Below the pieces are notes generated by a model. That model was not told the DNA's origin. It searched no databases and saw only the letters and a list, made by a program, of their open reading frames with translations. Made by a program: the position numbers and the translations under genes. This document shows positions 24,621 through 38,162 of a stretch of DNA of 64,000 nt, piece by piece. Source of the DNA: Octopus bimaculoides. Its lineage: Eukaryota. The first letter of the stretch is position 1. Each line of letters begins with the position of its first letter. The DNA lies in contig NC_068997.1 in assembly GCF_001194135.2 (NCBI RefSeq), forward strand, positions 6,651,387-6,715,386, in the 5' to 3' direction.

Positions 24621-27600
24621 ATTATATATACTCTCTTTTACTTGTTTCAGTCATTTGACTGTGGCCATGCTGGAGCACCGCCTTTAGTCAAAGAAATTGA
24701 CCCCAGGATTTATTCTTTGTAAGCCTAATAATGTTTACTGCCACTCAAACATGGCTGATCCACAGGAACCAACATTACTGCTATTTTAACTCCAGGATGA
24801 CATCTCTGGTTATTCAATGCAATCTGCACCTGATATATATTGCAAGCAGGAGAGTGAACCCCTACCATCTTCCAGCCACCAGACCACCAGACAGTACAGT
24901 TTTCACCTCTTTGTGGTAATAGTTAATTAACAATGTAGATTAAAAAATGAATTCCCAGTTGGAAACTAGGAAGGCAGTGTGTCAAAAGTATTATCTGTAT
25001 CAACCAACCAGAAAGATATTGTTTAGCCCAAGGCAGCCTTAACTGAGTAGACGTACGACCAAGGGTATTCCTGCCATGACTATCTAACTTTGTATAACAG
25101 GGACTACATTATCCAGTATATGCTTCTGTTTTCAAGAGAGAAAAGTTTGATCTGAGGGAGATTTGAATGCTATTTCTAATAGGTGAAATGGCCATGTAGA
25201 ACTTCCTTAATTGGTTTGACCAAGAAAGACTGTATCAACTGGAGGTGTGAACATTTTATATATTAAACTACTTTTATCGTTTGGTGCATAACTCTTTTCC
25301 TCAATATTCTGTTCATTGATAATAGTATCAGAATTGAATGACAAGTTATTTAAAAATTCAATAATCTTCAAGTATACCGAAGAAGACTTAATCAAAGAAA
25401 AGTCAAATTAGTGAACAGCTTCAAAAACAATATTAGATTTACTCAATAAGCATCATTCAGAAATTTAACATGTCTCATAAAATTTTTTTTTTTTTAAAGT
25501 CTTTTTCTCCTTTCTTTTTCTCTTTATACATTCAAATTTCTTGTATAACAGAATTAGTGGACAATTTTGTATTTTTCAACCTTTTCAGCAGAATAAAATA
25601 GCATCTGACAGAAACTATTCAAAATCACTTGACAGTGAAGTGGAACCAAGTTTTCTTTTATTTTTTTGAAACTATGCAGAGATGCTCATATATTGATTTC
25701 AAATTCTGGCACAAGGCCAGCAAGTTCAGTGGGAGGCATGGCTAGTCAATTACATCAATTCCGGTATCAACTGGGGCTTATTTTATAGACCCCCAAAAGG
25801 ATGAAAGGCAAAGATGGAATTTTATCTCAGAATATAAAGATGAACAAAAACGCTCAGCAGCATTTTGCTCCGTGTGCCAACGATTCTGTTGACTTGCTGC
25901 CGTGAGATGCTCATGCACTAACATGCTTTAACTAGGGACAGAAGAGTGGGTTTATTAGTGCCTAAATTCATGACCCTATAGCCGCTAATCTGGTACTGTC
26001 ATGCCTGTAATCTTCATCAATATTTATATACTAAACATAATTTAAATTTATTTACAAAATAAACAAATCTAAATAATGGATTTAATAAAGACCCATTTAA
26101 TTTATGTAAAAAAAAAAAAATTTTTTTAGAAGCAAATGATGTTATACATACTCATACAGTTCACATAGACACACACGCACACACATACATATATTACATG
26201 GAAAAATGCGAGCAAGAGAAATAATATTCTTAAGATTATAAACCTGGAAAAATACAGGACAAGTTATTACACCTGGTAAGGTACAGAACAAGAAAATTTT
26301 TACTTAAAATATTGCAGGTAAAGATAAAATTTCAAATAAAATATTTAGATTTAGAAAATATTAGCTTTTATTCAAGCTAAAAATTTTATTACAAGTTATT
26401 CTATTTGTTATTACTTGTTACTTCTATTAAAAATAAAACATAACTCAAAATATTTTTTGCACTTTAAGAAAAATTATTTGTTGATTATTTTTAGAGACTA
26501 ATGTCAAAACATTATGCACGAAATATAAAATTAAAATGAATTCCAAGGCCCAGAACAAAAACAGTTTTGTTATCAAACAAGAATCTGCAGCCCTTTTAAG
26601 AACAACAAACAGCTCCATATAAGTGGCATTTCATAAAACATAGCATACATTAGGGAACTCAGTTCTGATAGACGGATAACAGAATCTAAAAATATAACAT
26701 TTAAGTAGAAGATAGAACAAGATCCAGAAAGCCTGCAGACAAGAAAGAAGCTATATTTGTGACTTTCTGAGAAGCTTACATTCATCAAGGTTTACTTGTG
26801 GAAGTATGGCAATTAAATATGAAAAATAGAAGCCTCACAATATTAAAACAGAAAAACGAAGGGTTAAATACTTTTATGAACTTTTTCAATTATTAAATAG
26901 AAAGAAAAAAAACAACAACTTTATTTTAGGAACAACTGTTTATACAGCTATAGAATTTATTTTTGGAAACATCTCATTAAATAACTTCTATAGGTGTTGA
27001 ATTGTAACAAATGATTAGCAGCAGATAAGCTCAAAGTTTTAATTTTTCTTTACTTTTGAATATATGAAAGAATATCACTCTTTTATCAAGTCTATTCAAT
27101 TAATTTAGGATTTAAATTTTAAATTATATTAATTATAATGTATGAAATTAGGTATTCCAGTCGAACTCCCTTCTTAAATAGCTCTGAAATGTAATTAATG
27201 TTAAGTTGAGCTTTGAAAGAACATTTACTCTCTATATTATAAATATATAAAGCTTGACAAAAAGTAAATTGTAAACTATGGCTATTAGAATAAATGTCAG
27301 CCTACTCCATACAGAATACTGAAGAAGAATACATTAACATAAATGATTGATAATAAAAACTAATCAATAAAAACTAATCTATCCCAAGTAAGAAAATATA
27401 AAAGTATTCACTTTTCTTATGTTGAAAATAAGGTAAAATGGAAAAAAAAAATATTACTATTGTAAATAAATTTGGCTTTCCTATAAAAGTTCTAATTGAA
27501 ATTTATTATTTAAAAAAAAAGTTTACAAAGTTTTTATTCTTTTTTTTTTTTGTTTGTTTGTTTGTTAATGATAAACTCCTCAGTTAATGCTGAGAATATT

Positions 27601-28419
27601 TCATTTTAGAAGTTGGTGTAAAAGAATGAAAAGTGAGCAACTTTTGTGGTCCAAGTTAAACACTTGGTCAGTTAACTAATAATGAACTACTTGGCTTTCG
27701 GAATGGCACTCCTAAAAAGGTTTTATTTTATGCAAAATTCCAACATGGCTTCAGTTTTTGAATTCAAGCCTCAAAAAATAGTGTTTATTAAAACTTTTGT
27801 TTTGTTTCATTCTCACTTATTCACTCATACTCTCTCACTGAAAAATTTATTGAAGGAAACTGGTGTTAAAGGGGAATGACTATTAAATGCCTGGTTAACC
27901 TCCCTTATTTGTGCCAGTTGCACTGCAAGTACACCAGTCAGAAAAATTAAAAAAATTCACCACCATTAATCATTCATGTAGTTTTCAATATAGTTCAGAA
28001 TCAATTTGGAACCATCCAGGTTTTTGATTTCAGCTCAATCAAAGTTGACTTGAGGCTAAACAACAACAATTGTTGCACTATATCAACATATACAAACAAT
28101 AAAAACTGTCAAACATTTGTGAATGAAAACTATTATACATCTGGTCATGAAGTAGAATTAAGGTTACAGGAGACTAAACTTTGCAGACTCTCTAAACCTG
28201 ATATTTTTTTTTTAATGTTAAGATCTGGATTTTTAAAATTGTGAATCGATTTCTTAAAATGAAGAATACAAAGAAGAAAACGTGATCCAACAATTTCTTG
28301 TAAGATACTCCCATTTAAACAATGGGATCTACAGTTGTCTAGTGCTATATTTAACATTCTTTTTATTGAAAATGTGTGCAAGAGGACCCTTTAGTCATGT
28401 TCAGACAAGGACATGACAA

Positions 28420-28710
28420 CCCTTTCTAATGCTGGTACCATGATAAAATGTACCCAGTACACTCAGTGAAATGGTTGGTGTTAATTGGGAGATTCAGTTG
28501 CAGAAACCAAGCCCCCAAAATAGAACACACAAACAACCATGCATGGTCTTTAAACTCATCTGGAAGGATAGTGACTCTGAATAGCAACTGATGCGAACAG
28601 GTTGGATTGCTCCAGCCTGTGCCTGTAAGGAAAACAGACATGAAATGATGACAATGATAACATTGGTGGTGGTGATGACAGTGATGATGATGATGATGAT
28701 GATGATGAAA
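28420..28710 (+). repeat. Old (GAT)n-tailed SINE copy
   Basis: tacccagtacactcagtgaaatggttggtgtta...cagttgcagaaacc...(gat)n. Confidence 0.65.
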
Positions 28711-29349
28711 TTTAGGCTTGAATTCAAAAACTGAATTGATGTTGGAATTTTGCATAAAATAAAACTTTAAAAATTGGATCTTAATCTGGGTGTATGTACT
28801 GAAACCAATATATAACTTGTTGACATTTGAAAGTGTTTTACAAAAGAGAGAAAAAAATTTTAGAAATGAGAATAATAATTAGAAAAGTCATTGCCAGATG
28901 AATTAACAATGATATGTGGAAAAGAATTTAAGCATTCATAAAGAGCCTAAAATATTTTGAACTTAGCTCTAAATATGAAAACAAATTCAATAATTAGAGA
29001 AATCTGCTTTAATGTCTTTGAAATCAGATGAATTTTTATTGAAAGAATAGGGAATGAGGGGTGTGGGAAGCTTGACAATGAGAAAGCTAGTATTTGAGAT
29101 CAGCAAGTCATTTGCATCACAAAACTTCAGCAGCTTTGTTCCCTTTTCATTTTTAGAACCAAAACTCTAACCTCATGCACACCATGAAATCCCTTGCAGT
29201 GCTTCCTCACATGACCATTGAAGTCACCAGCTATGATGAGAATGTTATTGTCTTTTGTCATCAAGTTAGTCTGCAGAAAGGATTCATAGAAACGGTCTTT
29301 CTGATTACCTGCCAGTCCACTTTGTGGAGCATATGCAGAGATAAATGCC

Positions 29350-29780
29350 AGTTACATTAAAGAAGACTATTCTTCGTTTAAAAATCTTATCACACACCTA
29401 CCCTGACTACCTTAGTCACCACATCCACCAATTTCTTTGCCAAAAGACTACCCACAACATCTATTCCATCACTACTGCCCAACCAGAATAATTTGTATCT
29501 ATGTTCTTTGCCCACAAGCAGTCTGAGGCTCTCCTCCATCGTACCTCTTGCACACAGCACACATCTACATGTCTCTACTAGAACATTTCCACGATCTCAC
29601 CAGATCTACCTTTCAGTGTGCGGATGTTGATTGTAGCAGCTGTAAGTTTGTGGACCTGGGAAGCATGGGAGGACAATTTAGGTATTGCTTTCAGCACTTG
29701 GAAAAAAGATTTTTGTTGGCACTTGCCTGGTGGCAGTGAATCTGTGCACCTAGTGTAAAAAGGTATAGGCTGCAGCATGA
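29350..29780 (-). mobile_element. RTE LINE 5' fragment (endonuclease N-terminus)
   Basis: TINIRTLKGRSGEIVEMF followed by VDVCCVQEVRWR-like sequence. Confidence 0.7.
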
Positions 29781-30059
29781 ATTACAATTTCCTTCAGTCC
29801 CATAAAGTCTTCATGGATAAGCAACAGTTAGTGTGTGGGGAGGGGTAGATACAGTTAAAGAAGGGGAGGGTGATTCTTTTTAGCCAACAAGTAGGTTCTG
29901 GTGATGGAGAAGGAGCAGAGTACATCATAGTAATACATATGTATAAATTACCAATTATCATCTCTTTCTTTCCTTCTCTCACTTTCCAGGTGGGCAAGTC
30001 ATGTATGAACCTCTTCAGCAAGACACCTTTGCCTCCCTCTCTATTACAATTTCTTATAT

Positions 30060-30262
30060 ACCCATTCTGTTGAGAGGTCTTACCTTGCAGGTACTTGGCA
30101 ACCTCACAGGTGCCATATAAAAAGAACCCAGTATACTTTAAGTGGTTGGTGTTAGGAAAGGAATCCAGCTGTAGAAACCATACCAAAGCAGACAATGGAA
30201 CATGGCAGAGCCCTTTGTCTTGGGTGTTCTTATTAAACTGTCCAATCCATGCCAGCATGGAA
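30060..30262 (+). repeat. SINE copy of the same tail family, ending in an A-run
   Basis: gtggttggtgttaggaaaggaatccagctgtagaaacc...gtccaatccatgccagcatggaaaaaa. Confidence 0.75.
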
Positions 30263-30364
30263 AAAAAAAAACTTTAAATCATCATTAATTTTCACTTTCC
30301 ATACTGGCACGGATAGTGTAAACAACATATATATATATATATATATAGTAATAATAACAATTAT

Positions 30365-31247
30365 CCTTGGGTGAAATTTATAAACAATTAATGCATTGCT
30401 ACGCACGTTTTGAGAAATCCCTTGTCTCTTAAGATTACAGTCCATATACTTGGGATGATTATAGTATAATCTGTAGTACCCATGGGTATTGGCTAGATCA
30501 TCTTCATGGATCCATTTCTTCAGGCAATATAACATTAAAGGGTGTTTACAAGAGAGATGGTTATCTCTTTTGACCAGTGTGAAAGTTGGTTGAGTTATGT
30601 GGGTATTTCTGTGCGTATTTGAAAAAAAACCATTTCGAAATGGAATAACATGAACCAGCCCAAGCATCTTGTAGAACAAGGATAGAACACAAACCAACCA
30701 ACCAACCAAATTTTAGGATGCTATACACTATACCATTATACCACCAGAAACAATTAAAAGGTCACCCTAAGTAAGTATCATTTATAAATTCAGACAATGA
30801 ACTCCTACAGTTGATGGCCGTAGTGGCTGTACCTTCTGACCATTTTGGCTTTAGAATTCACTAAAGATAGCCATGCCTTGGATGAGATCGAACAAAGCAA
30901 TGTGCTACCCATCCTTGACATCTGCAGACTGAATAGCAAAATAAGTCCAACATCACCATGCACATCTTCCTCGCTTTCCATTACCTTCCCTCTCCTCCCA
31001 CCAAATTCATACAGAAATACTCACATAAATAATTTTGCTGCTGGTCAAAAGTGATAAACATCCCTCTAGTAAACATCCATTAATGTTATAATCGCCTGAA
31101 GAAATGGATCCATGAAGATAATCTGCCCAGTGCCTATGGATACTATGGACCACACTGTAATCATCCCAAGAATATGGATCTTAAAAGTTATATGATTTGT
31201 GGGAACGTGTAGCGACACACTAAATGTTTATAAATTCCATCTAAAGG
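30365..31247. mobile_element. Putative non-autonomous DNA transposon with ~250-bp terminal inverted arms (foldback or piggyBac-like MITE)
   Basis: 30365-30621 aligns to the reverse complement of 31002-31247, sharing e.g. tcttcatggatccatttcttcaggc, cttgggatgatta and cttttgaccag. Ends read CCTT...AAGG, flanked by a TTAT direct repeat (30361-64, 31248-51). Confidence 0.7.
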
Positions 31248-31444
31248 TTATTATATTTATCCCACATTATATTGGTACAGCTCGGTGCCACCCCCAGAAA
31301 CTAGTTCACCAATCAGCATCATTATATATATAATATGCACGTTCACATATAAATACATGCATATAGATCCACAGGATACTTAAACATGTACCCATATACA
31401 GAGGCACTCATATAATACTTTACAGATTGTTATATTATCAGTAA

Positions 31445-31530
<86 letters not shown>

Positions 31531-31627
31531 CATACACACACACACACATACATACATACATATATATGCATACATACATGTGTGTGTGTGTGTGTGTGAG
31601 TACAGATATATATATATATATATATAT
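31445..31627 (+). repeat. Compound (CT)n(AT)n(AC)n(GT)n(AT)n microsatellite
   Basis: Directly visible. Confidence 0.95.
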
Positions 31628-32999
31628 ATTTACATAAATTAAATAAGAATGCTGGTTAAAATGCTTAACCTTGATATACCCTAAACTAAATTAACGAGGT
31701 TGCCAAACTAGGGAAGCAAAAACTCTAATGGAATTTCCTGCTAACAGCCTGTATGACATTTTCAAACTATAAACTAGCAATTATCTTGTCTATTATCATT
31801 ATGCTGGTTAAATGTATTTCTTTTAGGTTAGAAAACAGGCAGAATATTTTCTACAAATATGTTAATTTCTTTAAAAGCAAACAAACAAAAACTTAAACAT
31901 ACACACATACATATACACATAGAGTTTAATATACATTTGCTTTAAGTGCCAAGTTAATGCAGAAATCAGCATTATCATTGTTGTCAAGATTTTTGTCATC
32001 ATAATCATCCTTAAAGTTTTTATGTTTGCATTTTGAAACGTTGTACAAATCAAAAAAACAACAAAATAGTGTCTCATCAAAAATTTATCATTTCATTATT
32101 TCTATTAAGCTGAACTCTCTTTAAACTCAACGACTTTGTCAACAGTTTTCCAATACTTGAACTATTCTAGAAGTTGCTACAAAACTTCCCTGTGCACTCT
32201 CATTAAAAAATTAAAAAATTAAGACAAAATATACTATTTCTGAGATATTTTGGTTACATACAAACATCTCTAGAGTTTTAGTATTATTAACATAAAGCAA
32301 TAACAAAATATTTTAAAAGTGAGTTAAAATAATCATACAATGGTAGGATGTGGGAGATGGGCACAAAAATATATTTGGTTTAAAATTCACCAATGCAGGT
32401 GGAAAATAAGATGTAACTGATAAATATAAGTTTGGCATTGGCTGTTCTGAGATAAGAAAATTATAAAGTAATTCTCAAGAAAGCTGATGAAAGACTGCAT
32501 TTTTTCTCCTACTTTTGTGCATAAAATGAAACGTTAAAAGTGTTTAATTTCATTTCCCAACTTTTCTCAGAGTTCAGGACTTCTTAAACAATGTGTATTG
32601 TAGAGTTCATATTAAAAGGCTTAACCAACCACAAATATAACTGCTTCATTTCTGTATAACAACAGCTGGTAAGGAATATGGCCAAAAGATCTTTACTGAC
32701 AATATACAATTTAAAAACAAGAAGTTCCTGCCTACTTCTAACATTCTTAGAAAACAGAAATACCACAAGCAAGGAATTTGATTAAGGTGAAGGAGCATGG
32801 TTTGGCAAGACATTTGATTCTTGGTCTTTTCTTTAAAGCAGACAAAGTGAAGAAGATATATCAGTTCTAAAGCCAACATTTACAGCGAGCTACCAACCTA
32901 GATGGTTATATTTGTGTGCGTGCGCGCGCGCACACACTACTGCATGTCTGATTTCTTTTGGGAAAGAAAATGGTGAGTAGGTGGAGGAAGACTCTACAC

Positions 33000-35204
33000 C
33001 AGGATTCGGCAACCTGCGGCCCACGAGTTCCTCCCATGCGGCCCGCAGCGCCTTGTCTGGATTTCCATTAGGTGTGGCCCGCGAGACATTTCCTGCAACC
33101 CAGTGGGGTTTTTTTGAACCGACAGCAAATTTAACGAAGCCAATCAACGGCCATCTTCTCCCCAGCCAGAACAGTGTCCTACTTTTATGATACTGACACT
33201 GAATAAACGTAACTTTGGAGAAGAATTCTGACCTTCCTTTTCTCCGATACTGTAGTATAGCATCACTGTACGATAAGTTATTTTTCGCTTCTACTCCAAC
33301 TGATTTGGTTATAAATATTTTTTCTGTGTTATTTCAGATGGCTGAAGGTACCCAACCTACAAAGAAGAGGAAGCTGTTGGACAAGAACCACTCCTTCAAG
33401 AAGGAATGGGAATCAGTCTTCATTGTCGAGTGCAAGGGAAAGGCTTTGTGTGTCATCTGCCACGAGACCGCTGCCATTATGAAGGTGTGCAACGTGAAGT
33501 GTCACTTCACTTTGGTGCGCCCCAAGCAAGCTGCATTCCCTGACAACAAGAAGAAGGCAGAGTTTGCCCAGCTGGAGAAGCAATGTGCCTCCATGAGGAT
33601 CATCTCTTTGGTGGAAGCGGCTGCTGAGAGCAACACTCGGGCCAGCTACTGTGTTGCACACCTTGTGGCTACCAACCGCAATCAGTTTGCCGATGGCGAA
33701 CTCTTCAAAGTGTGCATGATGGCTGCTGTGGTTAAGTCGAGAGAGTTTGAGGCCATCAGCCTGTCTGCCAGGACCTTGTCCTTCCACATAGAGGAGATGG
33801 CCGTCGATGTCTGGGACACCCTGAAGGACATGTGTCAGTCTGCTCGCTTCTTCTCCATCGCCTTGGATGAGTTGACTGACATCAAGGACATGGCTCAGGT
33901 TGCCATCTTCTTCTGCGGCAGCAGGAGAGACTTCATCATCTTTGACGAGTTCATCAGACTCACCCCCAGCCCACCCCCTCAGTGGCACCTCTCTCGCATG
34001 TGCGGCATCACAATTGACAGTGTACCTGCCATGGTCGGGGACAAGAAGGGCTTTGGGGTGCTTCTTGTGAAGTACCTGAACAGCTTTGGACACCAGCAGG
34101 ATGTGAAGCACTTTCACTGTCTGGTGCACCAGGAGGCTCTGTGCACCAAGTCTGACCATTACAAGAGATCATGACTGTCGTCATCAGGGCTGTGAACTTT
34201 GTTTGCAACCGTGCTCTCAACCACAGACAGTTCCATGCTCTCTTGGATGATGCTGAGGCAGAGTTTGGTGATTTGATCTACTTCTGCGAGGTCTGTTGGC
34301 TCAGCTGAGGAAAGATGTTGGAAAGTCTTCAAACTTAGGGATTAGCTGGCGTCTTTCCTGCGAGAGAAGGGCAATCCTGTCCCTCAGTTTGAGGATCCTG
34401 CATGGGTGTGTGACCTGGGGTTCCTAGTCGACATTACTGGACATCTAAATGAGCCGAACATCTAGCTGCAGGGTAAAGATGTCTTGGTACCAGACCTCCT
34501 CGCCCACATGAAGGCATTCGAATGCAAACTTTGCTCGTGGGAGCATCAGTCCAACCAGAGGAAATTTACTCACTTCGCCCGCTTGGCTGAGCTGCCCCTG
34601 ACCCCCACTGCCTGCTGCCACTATACTGCTGCCCTGCCTGAGCTGTGAGGTGAGTTCAAGAGCCGCTTCAAAGATGTGCACACCTGTGAGAGAGAGCTCA
34701 AGCTATTCTCCGCTCCCTTTGATGCAGATTCTGTGGAAGTGGCTGACGACCTTCAGCTGGAGCACATTGAGCTCTAGTGATCAGAGAGCCACTGCGCAAA
34801 GTTTGTGCTTGTGTCACACATGCAGTTCTGGCACTTGCTCTCAGCCTCCATGCTTAGCTTCATTGTTCGGGTCCACATCCTCTTGCGAGCAGTTATTCAG
34901 CCGCTTGAAGCTGATGAAGAACAAGATGAGAGCACAGCTTACAGATGCTCATCTTCAAGACGTTCTCCTCCTGGCCCCCTCGTCCATCAAGCCGGACATT
35001 GACTCTTCATCTGTTTCAAAGAATCACCAGCCTTCACATTAATTCTTTCACATTGTGATTACTGCAACTCTTAAGAAACATTCAATTTACATTTATTATC
35101 ATTGATTTTGTATGTTTGTTATTTTTTCCGGTTGAGAGGGGGCGGTGCGAACTGCGAGGTGGCCTAGACGTGGCCTGCGGCCTGGTTTAGGCTGCTAACG
35201 CCTA
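33000..35204 (+). mobile_element. hAT DNA transposon (Buster/SPIN/GTF2IRD2-like), near full length, inactivated
   Basis: Degenerate 16-bp TIRs caggattcggcaacct (33000-33015) and aggctgctaacgccta (35189-35204). 8-bp TSD ctctacac (32992-32999) / ctctatgc (35205-35212) with the central TA typical of Buster-family elements. Contains transposase remnants. Confidence 0.92.
33338..35042 (+). pseudogene. hAT transposase pseudogene (stops and frameshifts)
   Basis: MAEGTQPTKKRK...KKEW...ALCVICHET...NVKCHF (BED-like zinc finger), FSIALDELTDIKDMAQVAIF (first catalytic D), HCLVHQEALC (CxxH motif), EVCWLS*GKML, SLFGSTSSCEQLFSRLKLMKNKMRAQLTDAHLQDVL (hATC dimerisation domain), ending NHQPSH*. Confidence 0.92.
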
Positions 35205-37239
35205 CTCTATGCAAATAGCTCTGATGAGTTTTCATGTCAATTACATAATTTCAAACAAAAAGAGCATCTCATTAAGGGATCATTATTTCCTAATGAGAGC
35301 ATGTTAATATGTTTGCTATAATTGTATGGAGCCTTGATAAATTATTGTTGGAGTGGCTAGAATAGGTAGTGGATGACCAGATGGGTGGCAGGAAGTGGAA
35401 TGAGATCATGAAACAAGTGTAATATAATCCATTTACTTTGTTGTGCTAGATCTGTCTACAAACTAAGTAAACACTTTGAGATAAGATAAGATAGATAATT
35501 ATTAATTAGAAACATTGACACAAAAGACATAATTGAAAGAACTAAATAATGGAGGAAAAGTTTCTCTCTATATTTTCTATTTCATTGTCTTTTTTGTACA
35601 TTAGAATAAGCTGAGTGGGTATGTAAATTTTAAAAAAATGTGGTGGTGGTGGTGGTGGTGGTTGTTGGAGGTGGGGGAGGGGCAGCAACTTATAGGAGTG
35701 ACTGTTCAAGATAGGATAAACTACTTTGCGCTTTCACACAATGCAATGTTAACAACAATACATAAACACACAGAAAGAGATGGTAGAAAGGAACAACAAA
35801 GAAATTCATAAGTAAATATGCACAACCAGAAGAACATGAGTTTCATTCCTTCATCAGTTGCTCTCTGAAAATCATTACAGTTTCAACACATATCTGACCC
35901 AAGAAATTCAGAAACTAAACCATTTGGTTATAAAATACCTAAGAAGTTATCCCTCAAAAGTGTATTAGACATCATATCAGTATCTCAATTGAATGACATA
36001 ATACAATAAAGAATATTGGTATATCAGCTGAATGCCTATAAATAATACAAACAGTTCACAAAGGGGAATAAATTAATTTGCAGTAGTCTGATGCTTGAGA
36101 GACAGCCTTTCATCAGAGGAGCAACTAATTACAAAAGTAATTTCTTACTTCTTTAATGAATGGTCCAAAATGCCAGACTTTTTGTCTTCCTCATGACAAA
36201 CTAAATTTTTTCTTCTTAGTGAACTGTCAGAATTTTAGTCAAGCTAAGTAAAGATTGATGACTAAAGAACAAACAAAATAAATAAGAAGGTCTACACTGA
36301 TTTATGATAAATCAATCATCATCATTTTACAGCCTGTTATTTCATATTGGCATGGGTTGGACGGGTCTGCAATATGGTCCTTTAAATCTTCTGTCATTTT
36401 ATCTGTAATTTCAACACCCTGACACCAGACTTCATCACACCTTACTTTGTTTACACACCAATGAAATAGCCTCAATGCTCAATGGATAACAGCTAAATTT
36501 TACTCAAATAACACTCTTTGTAATCTCTTGATTACATTTTATAATGTAAACAAGAGTACATGATGCCTTGAAAAAAAAATGAGGACAAGATGGTCACAGC
36601 AGGAATGCTTTTGGTCTAGGTCTGATTTGAAGCTAAACAAAAATATCATCTTCTGCTGTGGGTGTTTCTTTTGTCAGCAAATAACATTCCTTCACTTAAC
36701 CAGTCTCATGTATTTGCATCACAGCTGCCTCTCTTGCACATTAGCCTAAAGCCTTTGATCTAAGCTACTTTTTTCAGTGTTAACATTCCATATAACAACA
36801 AACCATACTCCACTGATCTTCTGCATTCAATATTTGGACCACACTTGTTACACATTTCTAAAATCTATTTTTTGCACAGAGAGAAAGAAAGAAAAAACTT
36901 TATTGCCGACAGTGGCTACAATTTATTATACTTCTTACTTTAGCTATTATACCTTCTCTCCGATTAACTTCAGCATTAATTAGGTCACCCAGATTAACAT
37001 AAACTATTGACTACTTTTAAAAAGCTACCTGAGCAGTTCGTGGATTGCATATCATGAGTGCTTTTATTAACTATTCTAGTACATTTACTGTACCTGAAAT
37101 TGCAGTTTTCTTTAAGTTTTATTTGCCTTGAGAACAAATTCCCACCTCCTTGTTTTGCTACATCACGTAATGCCAGTCTCATACATTAAGTCATTTTGAG
37201 ATTTTTGCTATTTATTAAACAGTAACGTAACAGATGCAC

Positions 37240-37548
37240 AGATGCATGCCTTACTGGTTAAGTGTATTTGGCTCACGATTGTAAAGTTGTGAGTTCGATT
37301 CCTAGCAGTGCATTGTGTCCTTGAGCAAGACACTTTATTACATGTTGCTCCACTCTGCCAGCAAAAATTAGATGTACCCGTAAGTCAAAGGGCCAGCCTT
37401 GTCATATTCTGTTATGTTGAATCTCCTTGAGAACTATGTTAAGGGTATTTACTAAGGGTGTTTGTGGAGTGCTCAACCACTTGCACATTATTTCCATCGT
37501 TTGGGTCAACAGGAACACTCATCATTGTAACCGATGGAATGCCAGTTA
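37240..37548 (+). repeat. tRNA-derived SINE with CORE-like segment
   Basis: A-box-like tggttaagtg, B-box gagttcgattcc, then tgtgtccttgagcaagacacttt. Confidence 0.65.
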
Positions 37549-37553
37549 AAATA

Positions 37554-38162
37554 TTGAATAATCCCATAAATATCACAGTTTTTCAATTGCATGAACTAAA
37601 AGTCAGAGAGGGATCAGATAAACTCCTTGCAGCAACTTGCTATAAAAACAGGTAGTAATTTTACCTTGTCCTTATTCTTAGTGCAAGTTTTGAAGAGTGC
37701 AGTTCAATTTTAACAGTTACTTTTCAAAGCTATAATGGAAGTGACAAAGGAGCATATTCGGAACATTTTGCTTTATGAGTTCAAGAAAGGCAACAACACA
37801 TGGAAAGTATGAGGAATATTAATGCAGTATATGGGGATCGGAAAATAAGCATAAACCAGTGTCAAAGGTGGTTCTAGAAATTCCAAGCCAGAAACTACAA
37901 CCTAGAGGATGAGCCTTGTCCTGAAAGATTTGTAGAGCTTGATGAAGATGTCCTGCAAACCCTGGTGAAACAAAATGCAATCAGAGCTGTTGAGGAACTG
38001 GCAGAGAAGCTTGGGTTTGGCCATTCAGCCATTCATCAACACTTGCGTGCCTTCGGAAAAGTCAGAAAATTGGGTCAATGGGTTCCTCATAAACTTTCTG
38101 AGTCTAGTCATGTGCAGAGAGTGAATGTGTGCTCATCTTTGCTGTCTCGTCTCACGAATGAT

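Noticed and set aside
28420-30262. Inverted SINE pair forming dsRNA
   Set aside because: On inspection both copies are on the + strand, so they are a direct pair, not an inverted one.
33413-34159. 248-aa ORF on the minus strand
   Set aside because: It is the antisense shadow of the GC3-rich hAT transposase frame, with no recognisable motifs. High GC3 on one strand suppresses stops on the other.
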